From Chlorokybus atmophyticus (lineage: Eukaryota; Plantae; Mesostigma and Chlorokybus algae): a stretch of 64,000 nucleotides of DNA. Where the stretch lies: assembly GCA_009103225.1 (NCBI GenBank), contig RHPI01000026.1:553210-617209 (forward strand), written 5' to 3'. The position numbers and the translations under genes were made by a program. Shown in pieces: positions 25,781 to 38,795 of the stretch (within the stretch, counting starts at the first letter, position 1; each line of letters opens with the position of its first letter). The notes under the pieces are model-generated. The model did not search any database. It saw nothing but the letters and a program-made list of their open reading frames with translations, and was not told the DNA's origin.

Positions 25781-26837
25781 TTGTTGCAAGCCATGTGTCA
25801 TGAAGGACACAATCAAATACACTCGTTGTGAAGGTTGGCATATGCTGCACAGCTTGCAACCTTTACAACGAATGTCTTGCTTGCATGCATGGAAAAGCAT
25901 GCGACACGGACTACAAGCAGTTGTACAACATCGTGGCGCATCGGATGGGGTCCTCGCACAACGACAACAGGTAGTGCAGGTAAGTTTAAGGTAAGCACGG
26001 TGTGGGGAGCAATTCACTGCCCGCATACATGTCAGGTCCCTCATGGCTATGTGCTTGTATGCCACATGACAGAAAACCTTCATTATCTTCATGACAGTCT
26101 CTCAAGAGAAAGCTTGCGAAATGCCTGCACTGCCGGCATTGCCTGCCATGCGATGCCATGCTGTGCGCTTCACAGCGACCTTACTGTGCGCGTTCAGACC
26201 TTAATGCTAACATGGTTGCCGTTGTGAGTGCACGCAAGATTGTGAAGTCTTTAGCGGGCGCATTACATGGGGGCCGTATCTGTTGTCGACTTGTGCTTGC
26301 TCCTGCGCGGCGGGGACTTGGCCAATGTCCTGCGCGGTTCTGGCAAGTGATCTTTGGCTCATGCTGCTCCCTCCTCTCTTTGGTCTAGCTACAGCATTTG
26401 ATGAGTGTGGAAGGCCCCCCACCCAGGTGTTGGTTGGTTTGCTATTATTTTGTTTTTTCTTTTATTTCTTTTTATTTTTTTTTATAATGGTCACTGCAAT
26501 CTCTACATGCGCTCGAGCATAGCATAGCAATCAATGGCGCTTGCAAAGTTCGTGCTACCACCTGGTAAGAGTGTGCTCAATTGGAGGGCAGGGGCAAGCT
26601 GCTAAAGCAGTCACAATCCAGTAATCAGTGGGTAATCCACTACATGCTTGCACAAGGCCAATTCCCTGGCATAGTCAAATTGCAAGCAGGTGCAAAAACT
26701 ATACATAGTGCCCCTCTAAGGTGCCCAACCGTGACAACTACAAGTCAAGATGCTCTGCAGCAAACCCAACTCTAGCGCGGTGTGCGCAGCCTAAACACTC
26801 ATTCACTGCTGATACCAATGCTTCACAGCTCCCAAGC

Positions 26838-29800
26838 CTATGGCGAGTGGACCTTCAGATCCTTCTCAAGAATTGACACCGTGACCCTATCTCCTTTCTT
26901 GGATCCCGGCTTTATTCGCACGGCTACGCCGGCTTCTTCATCCTGGACGAGGCGTTCGCTCGACATGTTCAGCTGATCAGCAGGTTTGAGCCTAGTTTTG
27001 ATGGGCTTCGGACTCTGGCGAGTCAGGCCTTGCGTGGGCTCGCTGTCACGCTGGCCATCCAGTTGTGGCGAGACTTGTTTAGGGCTTGGCAGCAGGTACA
27101 CTGCTGCTGCGGCCGCAGCGAAACCCCACATAGATGCAAGCACAAAACTCGGCTCGTTGCCGCCGCCGAAGAGGGAGTCCATTGGACCGGCATATATCGA
27201 CACGAGCACCTGAATACAGCAATAGTCGTCAGCACACAAGCCAGTGACACTGTGTGCGTGAGTAGTGCAACAGCCCAAACTATGCACGCAACACTGGGCC
27301 TCACTTGCGGGCAAACGACGGCAAGGTTGAGCACGCCCATCGCCAAACCTGCAAAGGGAGTACGGCGTTGTGTGAGTGCAAGTGGCCAAAAGTGGCTGCC
27401 ACAAGAGTGGCTCAACCAAGTCTCAACATCGTTTGTTGGATTTGCTTCCAACTGCTGTTGCAGGGCACAGGTCATGTGTAAACTTATACTACAAGGAAGC
27501 CAATTGTTGACAAACGCCAGACAGCAACCTAACAAACATGCCTTGTCCACCACCAGACTCAGCCGTGTACTCAGCAGTCAGCGCGTACGGCACCACCATT
27601 GTAATCTGCAACAATAGCACCTGTTCAATCCCAACAACAGCAAACCAAGATGAGTAACAAGCCCAACTGTTGGATGCAACATACCGCCCATGAAAACCCA
27701 AGAAACGCAAAAATGATCACAGCGAGCATCTTGGCCGCTGCAGAGGCTGGTGCGCCGTCTCGTTGCGCTACAATCATTGTGCCAGCCAGAAGAACCCCGC
27801 GCAGCAAGTTCCCAAATGCCCACACAGAGCGGTTACCAAAGCGCGCGCAGATGGGCTTCAGGAACAAGGAGAACACCAAAGCTGCAACCTGCAACATGTA
27901 AGCACTTGAGTGAAGCTACAGGTCCTGCCCACAACAGGCACAGAGGGGTCTGCTGCCTCATACAGCCTTCAACACCTCGCCCACATGAAGCACAACCAAT
28001 GTGGTCGTATGCTAAGCAAACGGACCACAACAAGTCTGCAAATAGACTACGCAAACAAGGACTGAGCACAATGCAAACTGAGCAAGTTCCAATGGCTTAC
28101 TGAGTTTAGCAGTAGGCCGAGGGACCCCGCATGCACGCCGGCGCGGTAAGCGGCAGCTCGTCGTGCAGCTTGAGCAGGCCCATCATGCGACTCACTTGCT
28201 GGCTGTCCGCCAAACACATCCCGACCCATCCAGTCGGTGTCAAATAGCAAGAATGGAAACCAACCCAACCATGTCAACCCCTGTGTGATGACAAAGTGTG
28301 GAGTTTGCATACGCAGGGCACTGCACGAACACCATCGCCACACGTGCCTCATACCACATGCTGCACCTGGACGATAAGGCAGGCGCGCATGGCTGGTGAT
28401 AAGTTCGTCCTCTCCATCATTCTATCAACGCGCTCCATTACAGTGCCTTCCCCAGCAAAGAGGGAAGGGAGCTCGGACGCGCTGGACTCCTCCTCCTCGT
28501 CCTCCTCCTCCTCCTCCTCGTCCTCCTCTTCCTCAGTCTCACCAGACGACTCCTCCAGCTCCGGCAGCGGGGTCTCATCGGCGCTGAATATCGAAACTGC
28601 CGTGGTAATGGCCAGGAATACCTGCCAAGCATGCAAGGTGACTACAAGCACATTGCTAAGCGGGTTGAGAGCAGCGGCAGTGGAACAGACAATTGCAATG
28701 CCAGCTGTCCAACAAGCTTACGCACTGTAGCAGCTATGAAGGCGCCTTTGAGATCTGCACAAGCAATAGTGCATGAGGCAGTTCGTAGCCTTGGGAACCA
28801 TTCGTGCCAGCGTGAAGTGGCGCCGGCAGAGTAGCCCAGAATGTTCCCAACCCCCATCCATGCACTGTAAAAAGAATTGCCCAGCTCCTGCCCCTCATCG
28901 CCTGTTGAACACAACTTGTTACTGAAGTTTGACCTGGTATGCGCTTTGCTTTGCAACAGTGCAGAGTCTGTGTGCGGAATTGCAGGTAGATCACTTGCCT
29001 GAGAGGTCTGCAATCAGGGCTCGGCTTGGACCCTGACCAGCACAGGTACTTTCAAAGCCATGCTAATTTAGGAACAACGTGTCCTCATGACGTGCACAAA
29101 CATGCCATGAATTTTTCAGCGCATACCTGTATTGTGTTGTTGGCCACGTCCAGCAACCAAAATCCAAGAATGAACAGGAGAATTGCCCATGGCCGCCGGC
29201 TGCACGACGCCAGAGTTCCATCAGCTCAGCCACCAACATTCACTGCATCTTATCTAAACTTACTTTTGTTCGACATCATCGCCTAGTGCATAACCTATAT
29301 CAGCAGAATAGGCTATGAGCAGCACCTGCAGAGATGCGCATTGAGTTGGCAACATGCTGGAATACCACACCAAAATGTACATGTTACCAATAAGTACTGT
29401 AACTACTGTATGGGTTGTTATCGCGACACAACAAAAAATGTTCATAACAAATTGGCAGCAATAGTACCACAATGACCCCGGAGCGCATCCATTGTCAAGT
29501 GTAACAAGACTAATACACTGCATGCCTGCGATCTCCCCTCAAGTCTGCACATCAGTTGCATGTGCCATCATCACACCCGTTTTCCAGCAATCAACCAGCC
29601 GCACTGCATAATTCTGCATAACTTCACTCACCGCTGACAAGACCATCAGTGCCCCTGAGAGGATGAATGGTCTCCGCCGGCCCCATCTGTGTCGGCTGCT
29701 ATCGCTCCAAATGCCAACGTATGGTTGAACCTGCAACAGCATGCAATGGTGGGACACAGCAGAAGGCGTCATGACCAACAAACCAACTTAAGCTGGGGAC

Positions 29801-30900
29801 TGTACAAGCTGCCAGTTCCCAACGCACAGGCACCAGCTCACCACAATTCCCGTGATGGGTCCACAAAGCCATATGAAAGACGTCCATTTGTGCGGAATGC
29901 CCAGTTCCTGCCAGTTTTCTTAAGGGATTTGGGGATGGAACAGCTGCTCTGCAGACACCATGACTTGCACACCCTCGCGGGGTGCAAGCCACAGTGTTTG
30001 CAGAGCGCCAACATTACATGCAGCAGCTCATGTGTCAAGCTAAGCTGTGTGTCACACAGTGTGTCAACACATTAAACAAACCTGTACATAGGGTGTGAGA
30101 AGTGACAGCTGCAATGCCCACCCAAACTGCACACCAGCTACGACCATGGTGGCGGCCGCCAGAATGAAGGGTGAAGCACCCGCTTTGCTGCCAGAGTCCC
30201 CCACATTGGGGCTAGCTGAAATACCAACCCGCTCATACTGCCCCTTGTCAGCACCTGAGCAGAAAGTGTAATTTGTGAAGCCCATTGCAAGCAACAGAGA
30301 ATGGACTGTGGTTAATCAGATTGTAGGCACTGCAACACAGTAACCAGTGTGCCACTTGTGGCAAATCAACTGCATGCAGCGCCTTACAGCAAACAGGTGT
30401 TGAAACGCATGTGTGCTACACAGGGCGGTACGCTGCCTTCACAGATGTTTCAACTGGCGCTGCATGCAGCCATTCAGCACCATCAACATGCGCTGGCAAC
30501 AACGCTGCGTGTCGCATCAACAAGCCACACAAACCGTTGTTCCAGGCACCGCAGCAACCAACCGTGCGAGCAAGCTTACACAAACATTATGTCAACGTTA
30601 TGTTAACAGAGGTATGTAGTGAGGCAAAACATGTACTGAAATGCATCCTGTCAAGTCACACTGAGTTGCATGCAACTGGGCTTAGGCAAGACCGACACTT
30701 ATGCCTTGGCTGGAACAGCGCAAACGGTGCATTATCGACAGCTGTGCAAAGCCCAGGAGCGTTGGCAAAACTTACACAAGGCAAGCTAAACAAGCTGAGA
30801 GATCTTCAGGCAACACCTTGGCGGCTGAGCACCAGCAAGGAGCGTAGCAACTCTCACCTTGCATGCTGTCGGCCACATCTGACCGTCTCCTCGTCAACAT
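26838..30900 (-). CDS. SUT: Sucrose/H+ symporter (SUT/SUC), copy B, 14 exons, inverted paralogue of copy A
   Basis: Same exon structure and motifs as copy A (exon 1 30858-30900 [15 protein letters not shown]; [16 protein letters not shown]; [17 protein letters not shown]; [13 protein letters not shown]). Long Glu tract in the central loop and a longer C-terminal tail; stop at 26838. Confidence 0.93.
28487..28535 (-). repeat. (GAG)n coding microsatellite giving a poly-Glu/Asp tract in SUT B
   Basis: Encodes [16 protein letters not shown]; much shorter in copy A. Confidence 0.9.
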
Positions 30901-31454
30901 TCCCACCCTCTTCACACAACAGATATATACCAACTTCACAGCTTCTCCACACGCCCCCGCAGCAAGCAAGGCATCATCGCCTCGTTTGCGCACCCGTTTG
31001 CACTAACAAGTGCGCAATGCCAGCTTGCCATACAATGGCTGAGCCCCCGAACACACTGACAGCAGTCGAACAACGCTACTTCACAGGATCCTCTCAGAGC
31101 AGCGACGCAGCGAGATTGACGACGACGACAACGACGAGCAGCACCAGACGACGTCGACGACGACACCGCCGCCGCCGACGGCCGCGCAACCCTAGATTCA
31201 CACGGAACTCTGACGCCAAGCACAGTGTGGTACAGCAGCTGCAGCAGGTGAGTCAGCTTGTGTCACATGTGGCGCATTGTGGCATGCCACTGTGGCGTGT
31301 GGCAGGGCCACATGCCAGTACCAAGGCTTTACAGGCGGTACTACCCATCGGTTCAGTCGCTTACTGGCATGCTCTCAAGAAGTGCGGCAGATTGATGAAT
31401 GGAAAGGCACTTTGTTCGGCGACACTGCCACTTCAGATTGACACTGCTAGCGAA

Positions 31455-31507
31455 GTGCCATCAACTACGTTTCTGGCGTGCCATCAACTACGTTTCTGGC
31501 GTGCCAT
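31455..31507 (+). repeat. 23-bp tandem repeat (2.3 copies) upstream of SUT B
   Basis: gtgccatcaactacgtttctggc x2 plus gtgccat. Confidence 0.9.
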
Positions 31508-32926
31508 AATGCCGCTGGCACTGGCAGTGGCAGGCGTCGGTATTGGTGGCAAGCCGGTAGCGAGCCAGCACTGCCAGTGGTAGATTTTGCCACCTGCGCG
31601 TGTAGATTCGATTGATGTGGCATCAGAGACATGATTCATGTCTCTATTGTCACATGAAGGCCTATTGATCAGGCCATTCGGGTTTTCAGGGTTGAAAGCT
31701 GCGTGCTGCATGAAGCTGATTCTGGCGTGCGCTATGGATTCCACGACAGCGGTCGCTGGCACATTACCAGTGTTGACGGACGGGGTCCGTGTCGAATGAT
31801 GATTCCTCCTTAGCGGAACTGGCGAATGCTGGCGAAACCTGGTGAAGCCTGCCAGCTGCTGTGGTTGTGCTTGAAACACTATTTGCAAGTATTTTACTAA
31901 ACATTTGCATTAATTGCAATGCCTACGATTTGTGTTATTGTGTAAAACCTGCTATTTTGTCTGATCATTGCCTTGTGCACATGTAGGGTTATGCAATGCT
32001 ATGTGATGCGTAACGCGTACGCGCATGCGTGACGCTTCCATGACGCATGCAACATACAAAAAGCAAAATTTCGGCAAATCACCATGCAACAATCCTTTTT
32101 TATGTGTGTGTTGTAAAACATAGCGATACCGCTTGCGAAACACACATTGGCAAATGTCCAAGGAAACTCCGTTTACACTGCACTTTACTACAAGTAGTGT
32201 CCGTCTGTCATTTGACGTAAAAAGTAGTTCAAGGTGCCACATCAAGTTGATTGTTTGGATCCATACTACATGTGCCAAATTTTGTCAAATACCCCCCCCC
32301 CCNCCCTCTCTTCACCCCCCTTTTGCACTCATTTCGTCCCTTAATAAATGAAACACCCCCCATCAATTGTACAAGGGGGCTTTGTTTGGAAGGGAGGTTT
32401 TGCGCGACAAATACCGTATTTGTCGCACAATATATACCCTATACACGTAACTGGGTTATGATATGGGCTACCATAGCCTATAATAATGATATGGTATGAA
32501 GTATAGTATTTCATGCATAAGCATGCGTGCACATGCAGAGATGCATAGCAGGGCACGAAGAGCAGCACAATAAGCAAAAGATGTTAATAATACACCAAGG
32601 TGTATATTGAATTATAGCAACATGCATTTAAATATTAGCGCATCAACACATAACGTCTACTGTTGTCAGTATATTTAACCCCCCCCCCCCCCCCCCCTTT
32701 TCNTCGCATGCACGGGCACATATAAAGATTCTCATGATTATTGCTAAAAGGGAAACACTTACACCCCCTTCCCGAGGAGGGGCCCCTCAATTAATCAGCC
32801 TCAAATGCAGAAGACATAGTGTACATGTGAATACGACATGTAGACTCTACGTATTGTATTTACCTGAACGCAATGTCATTATTCATGTTGTTGTGAATTC
32901 TGCATATGTCACATGTAACACGTAAG

Positions 32927-33464
32927 TGTAACGGGGAGCAATAATAATAGGGGTATTATTGCTACATAAATAACAAGTTCGGTGTGAATAAATATCTAAA
33001 TATGCTTATTGATATCTATTTTCTACGGTTCCTTGCTTATTAAAGGCTATGATGCTTTGTCATAGCTTAAATAAGTCCCAATGGGTGTGAAACCGCTTAT
33101 TCAAGCCTATTTAGTGTCACATTTGATGAAATGTGATCGCTATCTCGCTAGGTACCTTATAATAAGTATTTTTCGTTAGGTACCTTGTTGATAGGTACTT
33201 TATATTATATATCTGAGCTGTGATTGGCTCACGTTTGATTTCCTAACTACCCTATCTGTAGGGTCAATGTCTAGTTGTGAGTTAATTATACCAAGATATA
33301 TATTTGATATACTCTTGATATAAAAGGTCACATCAAACTGATGTGACATCACTTTCAGTTCTCTGCTCAGTGGCGGCCACGCCGCTGAAAGGCTTGTCAT
33401 AGGCGGTGTGGGTTTTGGGGTAGAGGATTGAAGGGGCATCACCGGCGACGGTGGTGATGTGACA
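32927..33464 (+). repeat. 5' LTR (538 bp)
   Basis: Starts TGTAAC after the TSD and ends GTGACA; 33103-33464 aligns with 38784-39136. Confidence 0.85.
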
Positions 33465-34359
33465 TGGGTATCCAGGAGTTGGGGGGTGATGTGGGTACTT
33501 ATAGAGGTTGGTGACCTGCTCTCGGCCAATCAGAAGGCAACGGCGGCGGCCTCCTTTTCGTTCACGCAGCCCAAGCTTCAAGTTAACTTCCCTGCGCTAC
33601 CTCAACGTTGAAGCCACCCATCAAAGAGGCGGCCTCTCCACATGTGAGGTACCATTACACACGTCAGCGACTTGCCTGCTTGCCAGCTGCTTGCCAGGTG
33701 TTTGCCAGGTGCACGTGTGTATTTTCATGCACATCATTCAGTGGCTTGCCAGTGCATGAGTGCGGCCTTGCTAGTGTGTCATCACTGCTTGTCACACTTG
33801 GTGCACTATCATTGCTTGCAGTGATTGCCTGTCATTGCATGCGGTGATTGCTTGTGATTGTACTTGCCAGTGCATGTCACAGTTGGTCACTGTACGGCTT
33901 GCCTGTTGCATGCATGTGGCTTGCCTGTTGCATGCCTGTAACGTACCTGTGACCTGCCAACTGCTTTTATTGGGTCGCTTGACCCGGGTCCGCAAGTTCC
34001 GAACCAAGCTGTCCCCAAACCCTCCCCCTCCGGCTTCGGCCTGAAGATCGGGACTTGGTTATGACAGTTTTCGGGAAGTTCTAGGACATTCTGTTCTCAA
34101 ACTCTGTTAGTCTGAAACCCTCCCCCTCTGGCTTCGGCCTGGAGATTGGGACTTGGTTGAGGAAAACACAGGGTTAGGACATTCTGGTCCCATTCAGACT
34201 TGTTCTGTTTGGTGACACTTCAAATTCAACATTTCCTGTTTTGGGACTAGTTTTAACTCTGTTTGGGACTTTTACAACTTGGGGTCATTTTGATCCTCTC
34301 GTTGAACCTGGTGCATTGGTCAGGTTCTCACCATTCCATTTTGCCTGTTTTGCAGACAA

Positions 34360-37300
34360 ATGGAAGAGAACACGGTGCCCACCTCAAAGGGGGAAAGCTC
34401 ACAAAAAGAGCAATTATCCCGTGAGGAGGAGTTTCCATCTATGGAGGATATTTCCATCCGGATGATGCAGCTGATGAGTCTCATGCTGCTAAGATGTGGA
34501 TGGCTTGGTGGAACTAGACGGGCCACCACCACCACCATTATTCGTGCAGCCAGAAATCTTAATTCGCTTGACAAAACAGGAGTTGATGGACCACTTTCTT
34601 GGCACCTATGATGAGGAGCCTCGTGAGGCTATTGTCTCGCTCGTCAACTTCCTCTTTCATGTGGTGTGAAAAAGGAAGTTGATTTCAAAGCTCACCACCT
34701 TTATGGGGCGAGATTGGGAGGGATGGATGGGTGAAAGCAAACGTGTTCTGAACATGATCAAGCGCCTTCAACTCTCTGACAGTGGTCCACCTGTTCAGGC
34801 GCTTGCTCGACCTGCCGAGTTTGTTCCCAACAAACAAGCGGCAAATTTCGACTGGCTCGTGAAGCTGAGACACTATGTCAACTCCCTTCACATTTTTAAA
34901 GAGGGGAAGTTGCGTGTAGCTAAGTTGCTGATCCCAAACGATGCTATGTCAAAGTGGTACCGCCGTAAGCAACGCAATACGAACCTCGGGTGGGAAGTGA
35001 CTTAATTGTGCTCTTTTATGGAGCAGCGTATTGGTGGCGCAGATCCCGCCCAGGTTGCTCGCAACCAGCTGCACAATCTGCGTCAGAACGGGCGTCCGGT
35101 TCAGCAGGATATCAAGGACTTCCAGTCTTTTGTCAGCAAGATTAATGCTGGCAAACTACCCATAAGTGATGCTGATCAGCTGGATATGTTCAGGTATGGC
35201 TCGGACATAGATCTCGTGCAGCATGTGGCCGTCAACCCCGCGAGTTTGCAGGAGTGGGCCTCGACGGATTTACCAATGCTGATGTGGATGGTTGCTGCTG
35301 TGAACAGTGTGAAGCGCTCTCACGCAAAAATGCAAACCACAGCAAAAGAGGCAGCCCCGGCTTCAGTATCTCAGCCTGCTGGCCCCTACAACACGGCCAC
35401 ATCCACCATCACTTGCATATTCTGCAAGAAGACGGGTCATGGGGAGGCCAAGTGCTATGCAAAGCATAATGCACAGAAGGCCAAGCAGCAAAAGGACAAG
35501 AAATAGGGATTGTCCGTAGTCCGTAGCTTAGTCGAGCAGAACGACTTTAAAAACTCTGTACTTCTTGATAGAGTTTCCGCTCTTTGTGATGTATCAGATG
35601 TATGGACTGATATGGGCACACAACTTGTGTTGACAAATACAAACGGTTGTTTTAATCAATGTTTCATGCTCTGAATTGGTAACTGCTGTTAAGCACTTAC
35701 ACGAGTTGCAATTACAACATGCTATCACTGCATGTGTGGTAATCCCGCGATATCATGGCCCGTGGTCGCGATTGCTAAACGGGGAGAAGTAATTATGCAA
35801 CTCTCACGCAAAGATACAGAAACTTCACTGTTACAAGTGTTCTTTATCAAGCCTGCTACCAATCACGGCACTCCGACATTAGCTACATTTAATGGTAACT
35901 CAATGCCACGCAAATGGAGATTTGTTAGTCAACTTATGGGTACACCATGTACAGCATTGAGTGATACTGGTGCAAACCATAACTTTGTTGAACATGCTTG
36001 GGTGAAACGTAATAACATACCTTTCACACCAGTCACGTCGTATGTACGTGCTGCTGGTTCCACCCTCAATGCAATTGGGGAGGTGAAGGGGCGTTTTGTT
36101 ATTAACAGCCACAAGACTCGACCAGCTTTCATCATGGTGGATATAGGTATCCCCGGGGTGGATGTTGTTTTGGGTGAACAGTGGCACACCAAAGCTGGTT
36201 TGCAATTGGACTCTCGAGCAAATACGTGCACCCTTCGTAAGGGTAAACATAAGGTGACGTTAATCGCACCTGTACTCACACGTGTTGCTCGCGAAAATGT
36301 TCCGCTCCTCTCTGCTATGCAACTGAAACGTTGCATGCGTAAACGTGAGGAAGTATGTTTTATGCACTTACGACAGGTAGAAACACTTGTTAAACAGGCC
36401 GTTACTGACCCTGTGGTGCAATCACTTGCGGAACAATACGCAGATGTATTTCAGGATGAACTCCCGGAGTTGCCTCCTGATAGAAACATACATCATACCA
36501 TTCCGCTGGAAGAGGGGGCAAAGCCACCTTGGCGGCCTATCTATAGGCTGAGCCCCTTAGATAACCCGAAAATGGAAAAACAGCTCGAAGAGTTATTGGA
36601 CAAAGGTTTTATAACAAAGAGCATATCTCCTTTTGGTGCACCAATATTGTTTGTGCCAAAAAAAGAATGGCAAGCTATGCATGTTTATTGATTACCGTGC
36701 GTTGAACAAGGTAACTGTGGAAAACGGATACCCTTTGCCTCGGATTGATGATTTGCTTAATAAGCTGTCAGGTGCAACGGTGTTCAGCACACTGGATTTG
36801 ACCAATGGTTATCATCAAATCAAAATCCACCCATCAGATATACTAAAAACTGCATTTCGAACCCCACTAGGACACTTTAAGTATAAAGTGTTACCATTTA
36901 GGTTTAACAAATGCACCAGCTACATTTCAGGCAGCGATGAACGCGGTATTTGCTGATGAAATGTACAAGTTGGTTACTGGTATATTTTAATGACATTATT
37001 GTGTTCAGCAAAACCCGCGAGGAACACCACAAGCATGTGGATATGGTTTTAGCGAAGTTACGCGAACACAAATTCTATGCCAACCTGTTTAAATGCAACT
37101 TTGCAAAGGATAAACTACCCTTTTTAGGGCATGTGATTGGCAAAGAAGGATTGGAACCAGATCCTCAAAAGGTGTGTGCGATGAAGGATTGGCCACCACC
37201 CAAGGATGTACATCAGTTACGTGCTTTATTGGGGCTAGCCAATTATTTCCGCAAGTTCATGCGAGCATATTCTAGCATGGCAAATCCTTTAACATCTTTC

Positions 37301-38795
37301 TTGAGAAAGGATGTTAAATTTGTGTGGACGGAGGCACACGAGGTTGCTTTTACATGCATTATAGATGCATTAACACAAGCCCCTGTGTTAGCCTTCCCCG
37401 ACCACACCAAGCCTTTTGTGGTGATCAGTGATGCTTCCACCATTAGGTGTGGGGCAATCCTTCTACAGGATGACAGACCATGTGCATATAAAAGCAGAAA
37501 GTTCATTCCTGCTGAACGTAATTACACAACCACTGAGCAAGAATTGCTCGGGGTGGTGCACGCGCTGCACACATGGCGTTGCTACTTGGAAAGTGTGTGG
37601 TTTTCAGTGATTACTGATTACAACCCGCTCACATTTTGTCATACGCAACAAAACCTGTCGAGGCGGCAGGCTAGGTGAAATGAATTCATTTCTCGTTTTA
37701 CTTTCACTTGGCAATACCGTGTCGCACCAATGTGGCGGATCCACTAAGTCGTAGCCCTGCTTTTTTTGGCACTTACGCGCTTTCGAAGTACGCGTAATGT
37801 ACAACAGCCTGAAGATCCTGACGAGAGAGACCTTTCCTAAAGTGTCCATAGGTTTTAACCCAAATGATTGGTTTAGCAGTGAAACCAACTTGCAACAGCT
37901 TACTGCTGTTAGCAATCCGTGGTATAAAGGGGAGCAGTTGGCAATTCCCAACTCGGGCGACTTGCGTAAGCAATGCTTACAATCAGTGCATGACCCGCCT
38001 TATGCTGGACATTTGGGGAAACAGGAAACACTCAACGCTGCGCAACAGTTATACTGTTAACCGTCAATGTCAGCTGATGTGGATCAATATATTCGCACAT
38101 GTGACGTGTGTCAACGTAATAAGCCACTACGACAAAAACAAGCACGATTGCTTAAACCATTGGTAATTCCGGAACAAAAGTGGGATAATGTCTGTATGGA
38201 TTTGATTACTGACCTACCTGAAACAGCTGCCAAATACCCTGCTATTGTGGTTTTTATCGACCGTTTGATTAAAATGGTGCATTTTGCCTCGTGTTGCACA
38301 ATTGTGAGTGCACGGGACTTAGCACATTCATTTGTGTCGACGGTCTTTTGAGTTCACGATGTACCGCGTGAGCTTATCACAGATCGTTATCCTCGGTTTG
38401 TCTCCAAGTTTTGAAGGGAAATCTATGCATTGTTGGGGGTAAAACAAGGCATGTCAACTGCTTTGTCTTCCCGCGAAACGGATGGACAAACTGAGCGAGC
38501 AAATCAAATACTGGAAGAAATGCTTCGCCACTATGTGGCTCTTAACCATGCTGATTGGGACAGGTATTTGCCAATGGCAGAGTTCGCTGTGAACAACGCG
38601 TGGCAGGAAAGTGTAAAAGAAACCCCATTTTTCTTAAATTATGGGATTCGCCCGAACACATCAGCGTCATTGCGTGTACCTCGCAATGCCCTGACTGTAC
38701 CAGCGGCAAAAGAATTTGCCATTGATATGCAAAAAACTTTGGCTCGAGCCAAGCTATGTCTGTTAGAAGCACAGGACAGGCAAAAGCCTATTTAG
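34360..38795 (+). pseudogene. gag-pol pseudogene of the Gypsy element
   Basis: Zn knuckle CIFCKKTGHGEAKC (35414-35455); protease ALSDTGANHNF. RT YRLSP, SPFGAPILFVPKK, IDYRALN, YPLPRIDDL, with catalytic YxDD mutated to YFND. RNaseH SDAS; integrase HDPPYAGHLG..CDVCQRNK, MDLITDLP, DGQTERANQ. Truncated at AQDRQK. Confidence 0.93.

Noticed and set aside
1763-30900. Functional nutrient-sensing cluster (SUT, alpha2delta-like, ARM, SUT)
   Set aside because: Housekeeping NOL9 and PBF1 lie in between, and local duplication explains the layout; there is no co-regulation evidence.
30411-31583. 390-aa plus-strand ORF
   Set aside because: Antisense to SUT B exon 1, intron 1 and promoter; low complexity; no recognisable motif.
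33115-33464. Independent 350-bp MITE or solo LTR inserted twice (here and 38796-39136)
   Set aside because: Neither copy has its own TSD. The GTAAG TSD and TGTAAC/GTTACA termini show they are the LTRs of one element.
33465-33480. tRNA-iMet primer binding site
   Set aside because: TGGGTATCCAGGAG only loosely resembles TGGTATCAGAGC; too degenerate to call.
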